Assembly (NCBI GenBank): GCA_017429285.1
Contig: JAFRPF010000001.1
Span: forward strand, 40,299 to 104,298
From: Bacilli bacterium
GTDB taxonomy: Bacteria; Bacillota_I; Bacilli_A; RFN20; CAG-826
DNA length: 64,000 nucleotides
Reading direction: 5' to 3'
Shown piece by piece: positions 1 through 8,485 of this stretch. The translations under genes were made by a program, and so were the position numbers. Position 1 is the stretch's first letter. Every line of letters starts with the position of its first letter. Below the pieces are notes generated by a model that saw nothing but the letters and a program-made list of their open reading frames with translations, was not told the origin of the DNA and ran no database searches.

Positions 1-168
1 CATATTAGAACAAACTAAAACAATGGTAAATAAAATTCCCATACCTAAAGCCGCCTCTAGCGTTTTGGTGGTCGCTAAAGCGGGACATGTACCGAGAATC
101 GAAACAAATAATGGATTCTCAATGACAATACCTTTTAGAAAATTCTGTTTAGTCTTTCCTTTAGCCAT
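1..168 (-). CDS. rnfE: Rnf electron transport complex subunit E, N-terminal part (runs off the window edge)
   Basis: Manual translation MAKGKTKQNFLKGIVIENPLFVSILGTCPALATTKTLEAALGMG matches the RnfE N-terminal motif (ENP..V..LG.CP.LA.T). Directly follows rnfG. Confidence 0.9.
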   Translation of the reverse strand, partial: MAKGKTKQNFLKGIVIENPLFVSILGTCPALATTKTLEAALGMGILFTIVLVCSNM

Positions 169-170
169 CT

Positions 171-713
171 TTATTCCTTCCATAATTCTTCCGCGGCGCT
201 TGTCGCTTCATTAATCATTTCTTTTACTAACTTTGCGCCAAATGTCGCACCGCATTTCACATCATCAACATCTCTTTCACCTTTGTTAACTAGAGAGATG
301 TAATTATCTTCTAAAGTTGTGTTATAAGTTTGTTCATCAACGACAATACTAATACCTTTAAAGGCGTGTGTCGTTTCATCAAAACCGACAATTAAGGTAA
401 TTTTTCCATAGGCATTTGAACCGTTAGTTCTAAAGGCATAACCTTGTTTATTGTTATCTTTATCGCTTACTTCATAATATTGTTCGACAGTCTTATAAAC
501 ATTAGCAAATGTATCCGCTTTAACATCGATTTTTTTAGAAATTAGGGCGTTTTTGCCATATATTTCACTAATTCCACTAGCGATTTTCTTCTCTTGGTTT
601 TTTTTAATACTGTCTTTAGTAATGATGTTCGCGCCACCGATTAATAAACCAGAGGCCATGGCAATCACACCTAATGTCACGGAGGCAACAATGTATTTTT
701 TCTTACTAGCCAT
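171..713 (-). CDS. rnfG: Rnf complex subunit G, FMN-binding
   Basis: N-terminal TM helix and a C-terminal CGAT flavinylation-type motif. Start moved to ATG at 713 (GGAGGT upstream). Lies between rnfD and rnfE. Confidence 0.85.
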   Translation of the reverse strand: MASKKKYIVASVTLGVIAMASGLLIGGANIITKDSIKKNQEKKIASGISEIYGKNALISKKIDVKADTFANVYKTVEQYYEVSDKDNNKQGYAFRTNGSNAYGKITLIVGFDETTHAFKGISIVVDEQTYNTTLEDNYISLVNKGERDVDDVKCGATFGAKLVKEMINEATSAAEELWKE

Positions 714-1827
714 GATAGACACCTCCGAAACGAATAACAATGAAAGTAATTAAAGCTGGAATGACCACTAATAAAGCCATACCGATAATCTTCTTTCTTG
801 TATAACGAGGGGAACTCCATTCGTAATGATCCAAAACAACCGCAAGCATATTGGCGATTAGAATAGAGAAACCGACACCTTCTGGTAAGGCGGCAAATAA
901 ACGTATAAAGACAGTAACAACTGCCGCAATCATGCCATACATAATTCTTGATGGGGAATTAATTGGGCTAGTGACTGGATCGGTTAACATAAATACGGCA
1001 CCGAATAAAACGCCACCACTTAAAAGATGATAAGCAGCATATTCAAAAACGTTGATATCAACTTTTAAGGCTAATAATGATAATCCAGCAGTTAAGATTA
1101 AAGCTAAGAATGTTCCTAAATAGGAAACAACAATTCGATAATCAATACTTCTTCTAATTAATAGATAAACTAGACCAACTAAAATTGTAATGGTATAAAC
1201 TTCACCAAGAGTGCCTGGAACTTTACCTAAAAATAGATTTAATAACGAATATTGATGGATGTTAGCGAAATATCCTTCGTTTAGTAAACCTAATGGAGTC
1301 GCTCCAGCCGCGGCATCTGGAATGGTGTAATACCAAGTTGAAACATTTGTTACATATTGTGAGCCAAAGCAGACTTTAGCAAATAACATGCCAACAACCG
1401 CTGGGTTAAAGATATTGCTACCTAATCCACCGAAGACTAATTTACCAAAAACGATACCAACTAAAGCCCCTACTATCACAGCGTATATTGGAGCACCAGC
1501 GGGCATTACTAAAGTAAAGATAACTGCTGATACGCAAGCGGACAATATATTATTTTGATTAAATTTGCCTTTATAAGAATAGATGAATCTTTCTTTTAAT
1601 GAATGCTTTTGTCCATCTTTAGGCATCATATTTTTTAATCCAACATAAACAAATTCTGAAGCCACCATAATAAAGACGGATAAGACGTAGAAGATTAATG
1701 TCTTAATTGGATAAACAACAAATGAAAAGATAAGCGTTGGTGCTAACGCGATTAAAACATCGAGCATCATTCTAGTGACGGTCGCTTTTCTTCTAATATG
1801 AGGTGAATTTTCCTTAGTTATAATCAT
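706..1827 (-). CDS. rnfD: Rnf complex subunit D
   Basis: Starts SPHIR..M.DVLIAL; contains KLVFGGLGSNIFNPA, the AGAT FMN site, GTLGE and TDPVTSP; multi-TM. Confidence 0.95.
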   Translation of the reverse strand: MIITKENSPHIRRKATVTRMMLDVLIALAPTLIFSFVVYPIKTLIFYVLSVFIMVASEFVYVGLKNMMPKDGQKHSLKERFIYSYKGKFNQNNILSACVSAVIFTLVMPAGAPIYAVIVGALVGIVFGKLVFGGLGSNIFNPAVVGMLFAKVCFGSQYVTNVSTWYYTIPDAAAGATPLGLLNEGYFANIHQYSLLNLFLGKVPGTLGEVYTITILVGLVYLLIRRSIDYRIVVSYLGTFLALILTAGLSLLALKVDINVFEYAAYHLLSGGVLFGAVFMLTDPVTSPINSPSRIMYGMIAAVVTVFIRLFAALPEGVGFSILIANMLAVVLDHYEWSSPRYTRKKIIGMALLVVIPALITFIVIRFGGVYHG

Positions 1828-3125
1828 AATTTTGCAAAAAGCTTCGCCCTTCTAACATAATCAGTCACATTAATCTTTGAAGTACATGAATAGGTGCATA
1901 AACCACATTCAATACATCTTAATGGATTAAGTTTTTTAATTCTTTCTTTATCTAATGTTTTCACGGCATTCATAATTTGTACTGGTTCTAAATGTACAGG
2001 ACAAGATAAAACACAGCTACCGCATCTCACACATGGCTCTTCTTGATAATCAGTTTTATCCAAAACGATAATTGAAGTCACGGTTTTAGTAATAATACAA
2101 TCATCACTTGGAACAGCCATGCCCATCATTGGGCCACCTAAAATAAAGACCTTTTCTTTATCAGGATTTTTATATCCTCCACACAGTGGAATTAAATCTC
2201 TTATAGAAGTTCCAACACGAACTCTAAAGTTCTTTGGAAACATAATACCATCACCAGTAACAGTAATATCTCTTTTAATAACGGGCATATTATATTTAAT
2301 AGCCTTATATAGACCCACGATCGTGGAAACATTGAAGTTAATAATGCCACGATTAGATGGAAGCTCACCTGGTTTTAACTGTATACCAGTTGCAGATTTA
2401 ATCATCTCCACTTCCCAACCTTGTGGGTAGAAATTGCCAACACAGCAAAGTTCGATACCACTACCTTCATATTCTTTAATGACTTGGGTATAAACTTCTT
2501 TAATGTCTTTATATTTAGATTTGATACAAATCTTCGCGTGTTTACACTTAAAAGCCTGCATCACATATTTAATGCCTTCCATGATACGATATGGAAATTC
2601 AAGCATTAAACGATGATCGGCGGTAATATATGGTTCACATTCGATACCATTAATAAGAATCATATTAATTGGTTTATCGGTTTGAAATTTAACGTATGTT
2701 GGAAATGAAGAACCACCTAAACCCACGAGAGCACAATCCTTTAAGATTTGAGTCATGTCTTCTTTTGTTAAAGAGGCAATTTCTTCTGGCGTTCTAATAA
2801 AACAAGATTTATCTAATGTATCTTTAAAATCGTTTTTGATTTTTATAAAATCAGTTAATTTACCATTTCTATGGTAATGCTTCTCTAAACCCACAAAGGT
2901 ACCAGAACAAGTCGCATGGATTGGTTGTTCAAAAAATGGACCATGACGCATACCAATCACTTGGCAAGAATCGACATGATCGCCTTCTTTAATATATAAA
3001 TCCGCTTTAGCGCATCTAGCGTTACTGGTAGCGATATATAAATATTCTGGTTTTGTAAATCTAATAGCAGGTAATCTACTAGTTAAATTCTTTGTATCTT
3101 TAATACCTTTTGTTTTCGCAATCAT
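1824..3125 (-). CDS. rnfC: Rnf complex subunit C
   Basis: GLGGSSFPT, INGIECEPYITAD and GGPMMG motifs; two 4Fe-4S motifs (CVRCGSCVLSCP, CIECGLCTYSC). Confidence 0.95.
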   Translation of the reverse strand: MIAKTKGIKDTKNLTSRLPAIRFTKPEYLYIATSNARCAKADLYIKEGDHVDSCQVIGMRHGPFFEQPIHATCSGTFVGLEKHYHRNGKLTDFIKIKNDFKDTLDKSCFIRTPEEIASLTKEDMTQILKDCALVGLGGSSFPTYVKFQTDKPINMILINGIECEPYITADHRLMLEFPYRIMEGIKYVMQAFKCKHAKICIKSKYKDIKEVYTQVIKEYEGSGIELCCVGNFYPQGWEVEMIKSATGIQLKPGELPSNRGIINFNVSTIVGLYKAIKYNMPVIKRDITVTGDGIMFPKNFRVRVGTSIRDLIPLCGGYKNPDKEKVFILGGPMMGMAVPSDDCIITKTVTSIIVLDKTDYQEEPCVRCGSCVLSCPVHLEPVQIMNAVKTLDKERIKKLNPLRCIECGLCTYSCTSKINVTDYVRRAKLFAKL

Positions 3126-3182
3126 TTTTTATACCAAATAGAGAATACCACAAAATACATTTCTTATCTATAAATAGTTAAG

Positions 3183-3220
3183 AAAAAAGATTGGCGTTTT
3201 CTAATAGTTTTTACCAATCT
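3183..3220 (-). terminator. Possible intrinsic terminator after the HD gene
   Basis: AGATTGG...CCAATCT inverted repeat with an A-run on the left (U-run on the minus strand). Confidence 0.5.
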
Positions 3221-3736
3221 TTATTTATCAAATAGTTTTTCAATTTGTTTTAAATATTTTTGTTCTCTTTTTTTCTTATATCTAGAAGAACAAACAATTT
3301 CTTTTATATAAATGGTTTTATCCGCTAGGGTGATAATTCTAGCTTCTTTACTGGAGGGAAAATGAGTGAAATTAATGGGCCACATATGAGTTTCGATGGC
3401 TTTTTTAACAGGTTCATGAATTCCAAAATCTCGAACGGCATTTTGAATTGCGATAGAAGGGTGCTTATAAAGGTGTTCATTCTTCTTTTCTTTTTCGACT
3501 CGCCAATCGTATAGATAATAGTCATGTAAAATTGCCGCAAGAAGTATTACTTCCAGATTACCTTTTTTGTGTCTTATCGCTCTTTTAATCGCTAGTTTTG
3601 TGACTTTAAAAGAGTGAATATAACAATTCGATCCACGATGCATCGGAATATTTTTCATTTTTAAAATCTTTTCATCGTGTAAAAAGGTTTGATATATCTC
3701 TTCTAATTTAGCTTTTAATTCGTTAGATATTTTCAT
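3221..3736 (-). CDS. HD-domain metal-dependent phosphohydrolase
   Basis: H..S..V, ILHDYY, HP and THMWP...ITLADK motifs. Confidence 0.85.
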   Translation of the reverse strand: MKISNELKAKLEEIYQTFLHDEKILKMKNIPMHRGSNCYIHSFKVTKLAIKRAIRHKKGNLEVILLAAILHDYYLYDWRVEKEKKNEHLYKHPSIAIQNAVRDFGIHEPVKKAIETHMWPINFTHFPSSKEARIITLADKTIYIKEIVCSSRYKKKREQKYLKQIEKLFDK

Positions 3737-3870
3737 CGTTAAGTATCATAAATATTTTTTGTTCATATTAAAAGAAATTAATTATCATAGAGGTTATAAA
3801 ATAAGCATATTGAGATTCCAATTCATTAACAATTTTAATAAGTTTTCTCATAGTATTGGCTTATATATTC

Positions 3871-3879
3871 TGATAAAAT
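3871..3879 (+). promoter_or_regulatory. Extended -10 promoter (TGaTAAAAT) for the 3989 ORF
   Basis: TGn-TAAAAT about 110 nt upstream of the ATG; predicted start site near 3886. Confidence 0.5.
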
Positions 3880-3917
3880 AACAATACAGTTATTTGCGGT
3901 CTTAACATATCATTCCG

Positions 3918-3988
3918 CTCCAGTGAAATATACTTCTTAGCTATTAATTATTCCCATAGTGGAGAAGTGTATAGAATGGAGTTTTTTT
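3918..3988 (+). promoter_or_regulatory. Long leader hairpin covering the RBS, followed by T7
   Basis: CTCCA (3918-22) pairs with TGGAG (3977-81), ATATACTTCT (3928-37) with AGAAGTGTAT (3963-72), and inner CTAT with ATAG. TTTTTTT follows, then ATG. Confidence 0.6.
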
Positions 3989-4264
3989 ATGTCGAAATTC
4001 GAAAAACATTTCCGTATTTATTTAGTCAGTGGTCATCCCGCCTACATAGTAGATGAAGAAGGTAATTTCTATTACTTCCATAGAGTTACTTCTTCTCCTA
4101 AAAGTGGTCATCACAAAAATATAGAGATTGACCCAAATCCAGATTCATCACGAGACACACCAATGTATATTGTAAAAATGGAACAAAAAGACAAAAAGAG
4201 CCGCTTTGGTAAAAAATTGAAATATAATATCGATATCGAGATTATAGGAAGAAAAAAAGATTAG
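3989..4264 (+). CDS. Small basic protein, probable PemK/MazF-like fold (putative toxin/RNase)
   Basis: Start moved to ATG at 3989 (GGAG upstream). The pattern GHPAYIV...YYFHRVTSS...KNIEI...PMYIV...KDKKSRFGKKL follows PemK-like strand order. Confidence 0.5.
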   Translation: MSKFEKHFRIYLVSGHPAYIVDEEGNFYYFHRVTSSPKSGHHKNIEIDPNPDSSRDTPMYIVKMEQKDKKSRFGKKLKYNIDIEIIGRKKD

Positions 4265-4380
4265 TCCAGTAGTTATCACTACAGCCGCCAGGGGTCTTTG
4301 AACCTCAGCTTATACTAATCTGTTTTCGCCATTCCCGTAGATTGGCTTATCTATAGATACCATTTCTGGTAGCGGGTATT
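4252..4380 (-). ncRNA. Structured 3' trailer of tRNA-Ala: two branched folds ending in a U-run
   Basis: Stems CCCG/CGGG and GATTAGT/ACTAATC each enclose two hairpins, one capped by GNRA (GAAA, GATA). T7 on the minus strand at 4258-4252. Confidence 0.4.
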
Positions 4381-4382
4381 TC

Positions 4383-4458
4383 TGGTGGATCTGAAGGGGA
4401 TCGAACCCTCTACCTCCTCCATGCCATGGAGGCGCTCTCCCAGGTGAGCTACAGACCC
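4383..4458 (-). tRNA. tRNA-Ala (GGC)
   Basis: 76-nt cloverleaf GGGTCTGTAGCTCA...GGTTCGATCCC...CCACCA. Anticodon stem CCTCC/GGAGG, loop ATGGCAT (A32-U38, typical of tRNA-Ala GGC). Confidence 0.97.
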
Positions 4459-4470
4459 ATAACGCTAATG

Positions 4471-4500
4471 ATTATAAAAGAAATATGGATTATATTTCAA
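4471..4500 (-). promoter_or_regulatory. Sigma-A promoter of tRNA-Ala
   Basis: TTGAAA-18-TATAAT just upstream of the tRNA. Confidence 0.65.
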
Positions 4501-4935
4501 CTATTTATTTAATTTAAACAGGCGATTACGAATATAGAGATATCTTTCAAATTTTTCTTGGCTAGCAAAATGTTCAACTCGTTTTTGTTCAGGACAATTT
4601 TCATAATCTAATTCGGTATCACCAAATTGTTCACTTGTTAAATCAAATTTTTGTCCATCAACAACATTAAAACAATGATAACCACCATCAGGAAGTTTAA
4701 CGCCTCTTACTTCTCCACCGAAGATATCTTGTACTAAAAATGCGGTAATAGAACATTGGCCTAATGTCATGTTCTCTTTACTCCATTCATTTCTATATTT
4801 AGGAGCGCAGCTAAATCTATCCCAAACTTTAGTCATTAATTCATATAAATGTTGCGGACTAATAACAAAAGAATAAGCGTCATTAATCGGCTTAATATTT
4901 TTGACATCATGACCATAAAATTTGAGATTTTCCAT
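4501..4935 (-). CDS. YunG-like conserved hypothetical protein
   Basis: GQCSITAFLVQDIFGGE...H.FN......DLTSEQF motif. Start at 4935 has a GAGGAG RBS. Confidence 0.7.
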   Translation of the reverse strand: MENLKFYGHDVKNIKPINDAYSFVISPQHLYELMTKVWDRFSCAPKYRNEWSKENMTLGQCSITAFLVQDIFGGEVRGVKLPDGGYHCFNVVDGQKFDLTSEQFGDTELDYENCPEQKRVEHFASQEKFERYLYIRNRLFKLNK

Positions 4936-5017
4936 GCAAAACTCCTCTTTTTTTATCATTTTAGTGTATTTTGCTTTAATTAAATAAGGCCGTTAAAGGC
5001 CCTAAATAAATAAAGGC

Positions 5018-5094
5018 TGGCGCGCCCGAGGCGATTCGAACGTCCGACTCCCTTCTTAGGAGGAAGGTACTCTATCCAGCTGAGTTACGGGCGC
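5018..5094 (-). tRNA. tRNA-Arg (CCU)
   Basis: 77-nt cloverleaf GCGCCCGTAACTCAGCTGGATAGAG...GTTCGAATC...CGCGCCA; anticodon loop CTCCTAA. Confidence 0.97.
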
Positions 5095-5103
5095 GTTTAC
5101 TAA

Positions 5104-6027
5104 CTATTTTGTTAGTCCTTGTTTAAAGAATAAGACGATATCTTTATAAACTTCTTCTTTACGATCTTCGTTTAAGATTTCGTGTCTTAATCCTTGATAA
5201 ATTTTGCTTTGAACATTGTTTAAACCATATTTATGATACATCTCAGTTAATTTCTTAACGGAAGCACCATAACCGGTAACTGGATCATCACTACCAGAGA
5301 TAATAAAGATATTAGTGTTAGGATTTAATTTCTCCAAGTTCTTAGCTTTATGAATTTGGTTCATGCCTTTTACAAATTCATAGCAGAAACCATTTCTTGG
5401 ACCAAATCCACAAAGTGGATCAGCAATATATTTATCGACATTTTCTTTATTAACAGATAGCCAATCAAATGCTGTTCTTGGATTAACAATTTTCTTATTG
5501 AAATTACCAAACATTAGTTTGTTTAATAAGCCCGCTTTTTCATCTCTATTTTTCTTATTAACAATTATCTTCGCTAATAAATAACCGGCGGGGACAGCGG
5601 GGTTTTTCGCACCACTACCACATAAGACAACTCTATCGCAGTGATCAGCATATCTTTCAATGTAGTCTTGGCACATGAATGAACCCATAGAATGGGAGAA
5701 GATAAAGACAGATTTTTTCGTACTCTTTTGTAATTCGGTAACTAATGTATCAACCGCTTTTACTTGTCTAGCAAAACCATTTGTTGGCCAGATACCTACT
5801 TTGCTCATATTATCCTTAACATTTTCGCCTTGTCCAAAAGCGTCAATCGCATAAACATTAAATCCTTCTTTATTTAAATATTTAGCGAATGCATCATAAC
5901 GGGAAGTATGTTCTTCCATACCTTCCATAATAACGACATTAGCCTCAAATGTTTTCTCTAACCAGCAAAGACCAAATAATTCATCGCCATTTCTAGAAAT
6001 TACTTTCAGTTTTTTTGCTTCACTCAT
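5104..6027 (-). CDS. Alpha/beta hydrolase, lysophospholipase/monoacylglycerol lipase type
   Basis: SHSMG nucleophile elbow, GSDDPV acid and RHEILNE His. Start at 6027 has an AGGAGA RBS. Confidence 0.85.
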   Translation of the reverse strand: MSEAKKLKVISRNGDELFGLCWLEKTFEANVVIMEGMEEHTSRYDAFAKYLNKEGFNVYAIDAFGQGENVKDNMSKVGIWPTNGFARQVKAVDTLVTELQKSTKKSVFIFSHSMGSFMCQDYIERYADHCDRVVLCGSGAKNPAVPAGYLLAKIIVNKKNRDEKAGLLNKLMFGNFNKKIVNPRTAFDWLSVNKENVDKYIADPLCGFGPRNGFCYEFVKGMNQIHKAKNLEKLNPNTNIFIISGSDDPVTGYGASVKKLTEMYHKYGLNNVQSKIYQGLRHEILNEDRKEEVYKDIVLFFKQGLTK

Positions 6028-6041
6028 AATCTTTTCTCCTA

Positions 6042-7058
6042 TCATTTATCATATCCATTTGGATTATTCTTTTGCCAATTCCATGAATCGCGGCATGCAT
6101 CTTCAATTGTTAAAGATGTTTTAAAGTTCATTTCTCGATATGCTTTCTCCGCATTAGCGTAATTTTCATCAACATCACCAGGTCTTCTTGGACAGATGAC
6201 ATAAGGAATTTTAATCTTATTAACTTTTTCAAAAGCGTGAACAAGCTCTAATACGCTTGTCCCTCTACCAGTACCTAAATTATAAATAACTAATCCTGGT
6301 TTTTCTTCTAGCTTTCTTAAAGCGCATAAGTGACCATAAGCTAAATCCACAACATGGATATAGTCTCTAACCCCTGTTCCATCAACGGTTTTATAGTCAT
6401 TACCATAAACATTTAAGTGATCCCTTTTACCCACAGCAACTTGAGTGATATATGGCATCAAGTTATTTGGGATGCCGTTTGGATCTTCACCAATAAGTCC
6501 ACTTGGATGAGCGCCGATAGGATTGAAATATCTTAAGATGGCGATATTCGCATCAGGATTTTCTTTCGCATAATCCTTTAAGATATATTCGATATCTAAT
6601 TTCGTTTGTCCATATGGGTTTGTACATCCACCCACCTTATCATCTTCTTTAAGTGGTACATGGTCTGGAACGCCATACACAGTAGCAGATGAAGAGAAGA
6701 CAATGTTATGAACTTTATATTCCTTCATGAGCTTTAATAAGACCTTGGAACTACCGACGTTATTAGAAACATATAGTTCTGGTTTTTGGACACTTTCCGC
6801 CACACTTTTTAATCCCGCAAAATGAATAACATCAGTAATCTTTTCCTTTTCAAAAACTTCCCTTAATTTAGGTTCATCTTGCACGGAAAGTTCGTAAAAT
6901 CTTGGCCTTTTGCCAGTAATTTTATAAATCCTTTCTAAAACTTCAGGTTTGCTGTTGCAGTAATTATCAACGATTACCACGTCATAGCCACGGTCTAATA
7001 AATTGACCACAGTGTGTGAACCAATGTAGCCGGTTCCGCCTGTCACTAAAATCGCCAT
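6042..7058 (-). CDS. galE: UDP-glucose 4-epimerase
   Basis: GGTGYIGSHT, YGQTK (YxxxK), LRYFNPIGAH and GVRDYIHV. Start at 7058. Confidence 0.96.
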   Translation of the reverse strand: MAILVTGGTGYIGSHTVVNLLDRGYDVVIVDNYCNSKPEVLERIYKITGKRPRFYELSVQDEPKLREVFEKEKITDVIHFAGLKSVAESVQKPELYVSNNVGSSKVLLKLMKEYKVHNIVFSSSATVYGVPDHVPLKEDDKVGGCTNPYGQTKLDIEYILKDYAKENPDANIAILRYFNPIGAHPSGLIGEDPNGIPNNLMPYITQVAVGKRDHLNVYGNDYKTVDGTGVRDYIHVVDLAYGHLCALRKLEEKPGLVIYNLGTGRGTSVLELVHAFEKVNKIKIPYVICPRRPGDVDENYANAEKAYREMNFKTSLTIEDACRDSWNWQKNNPNGYDK

Positions 7059-7059
7059 T

Positions 7060-8484
7060 TTATCTCTCCTTAAGCTCTTGGACAATTAGTTTATTTGTTA
7101 AAGCGGGGTTAGCTTTTCCTTGGGTTAGTTTCATCACTTGACCCACTAAGAAACCTACCGCTCTATCTTTACCATTTTTATAATCAATAATCGATTGAGG
7201 ATTATTATCTAAAACTTGTTTAACAATCGCTAAGATTTCACTTTCATTACTAATAAGTGTAGTGCCCATCGCTTTTACTAGTTCGTTAGGGTCAGCGTCA
7301 TTTTCTTGCATCTTCACAAAAATCTCACGAGCTTGCTTATTACTAACAGTTCCTTTTTCGATTAGTTTAATTAAGTCCGCTAAATGTTTTGGACTAACTT
7401 TAAACTGTTTAATCGATATATCTTCTTTATTTAATATCGCCTGAATATCTACTAATACCCAGTTAGCAGCTAATTTCGCATTTGCCCCATTAGCAACTAC
7501 TGCATCGAAATATTCACAGTTATCTTTATTAGATATCAATAGATTTGAATCATAATCATTTAATGATAATGATTTATATCTTTCTAGTTTCACTTCCGCT
7601 AATTCGGGAGAAGAAGAAATTGCATCTTCAATAAACTGTTTAGAAAGTTTAATTGGAGCGATATTTGGTTCAGTGAAATATTTATAATCAACTGCGTCGG
7701 TTTTAACACGCATCAAAACGGTTTCTTTTTTCGCTTCATCAAATCTTCTAGTTTCCTGTTGCACCACTCCACCAGAAAGTAAGACAGCTTCTTGACGTTT
7801 GATTTCAAAATCGATCGCTTTTTGAATGTTCACTAGAGTGTTTAAGTTTTTAATTTCCACTTTAGTACCGAAGACTTTGCTACCTACTGGCATAATTGAA
7901 ATATTGACGTCACATCTAAGTGAACCTTCTTCCATCTTTCCATCACTGACTTCTAAGAAGGAAACAATAGAACGAATCTTTTCAACATATTTCATGGCTT
8001 CTTCACCAGTTTTCATCTCTGGTTTAGAAACAATTTCCACAAGTGGAATGCCTGCACGGTTATAGTCTAATAAGGTGCAATCCCAAGAGTGAAGTTGTTT
8101 ACATGTATCTTCTTCCATATGAAGTCTTTCAATATTGATTCTTTTCTTTCCGGAAGAGGTTTCAATTTCTAAATATCCTTCACTACCGATTGGTCTTCTT
8201 TGTTGAGTAATTTGATATCCTTTTGGTAAATCACTATAGAAATAATTCTTACGATCAAACCAAAGTTCATCATCAATGCTCATATGTAAAGCGTGACACA
8301 CTCTAATCGCATTAATAACAGCTTGTTTATTAACTACAGGCATCGTGCCAGGAAAAGCCATATCTAAAGGAGCAATATTTGTATTTGGATCATCACCAAA
8401 AGTTACAGGAGAGGTAGAAAACATTTTGCTTTTTGTTTTCATCTCAACATGGATTTCTAAACCAATAACAGCTTCAAAATTCAT
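7060..8484 (-). CDS. gatB: Asp/Glu-tRNA amidotransferase subunit B
   Basis: IGLEIHVE, RKNYFYSDLPKGYQITQ and DYNRAGIPLVEIVS. Confidence 0.98.
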   Translation of the reverse strand: MNFEAVIGLEIHVEMKTKSKMFSTSPVTFGDDPNTNIAPLDMAFPGTMPVVNKQAVINAIRVCHALHMSIDDELWFDRKNYFYSDLPKGYQITQQRRPIGSEGYLEIETSSGKKRINIERLHMEEDTCKQLHSWDCTLLDYNRAGIPLVEIVSKPEMKTGEEAMKYVEKIRSIVSFLEVSDGKMEEGSLRCDVNISIMPVGSKVFGTKVEIKNLNTLVNIQKAIDFEIKRQEAVLLSGGVVQQETRRFDEAKKETVLMRVKTDAVDYKYFTEPNIAPIKLSKQFIEDAISSSPELAEVKLERYKSLSLNDYDSNLLISNKDNCEYFDAVVANGANAKLAANWVLVDIQAILNKEDISIKQFKVSPKHLADLIKLIEKGTVSNKQAREIFVKMQENDADPNELVKAMGTTLISNESEILAIVKQVLDNNPQSIIDYKNGKDRAVGFLVGQVMKLTQGKANPALTNKLIVQELKER

Positions 8485-8485
8485 A

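Noticed and set aside
3880-3988. Canonical type III antitoxin array upstream of the toxin-like ORF
   Set aside because: No tandem ~35-55-nt repeats are visible; only a single hairpin leader.
4362-4386. 9-bp direct repeat ATTTCTGGT including the tRNA-Ala 3' end, as a possible att remnant
   Set aside because: The copies are only 16 bp apart, no integrase is present, and the second copy is explained by a hairpin arm.
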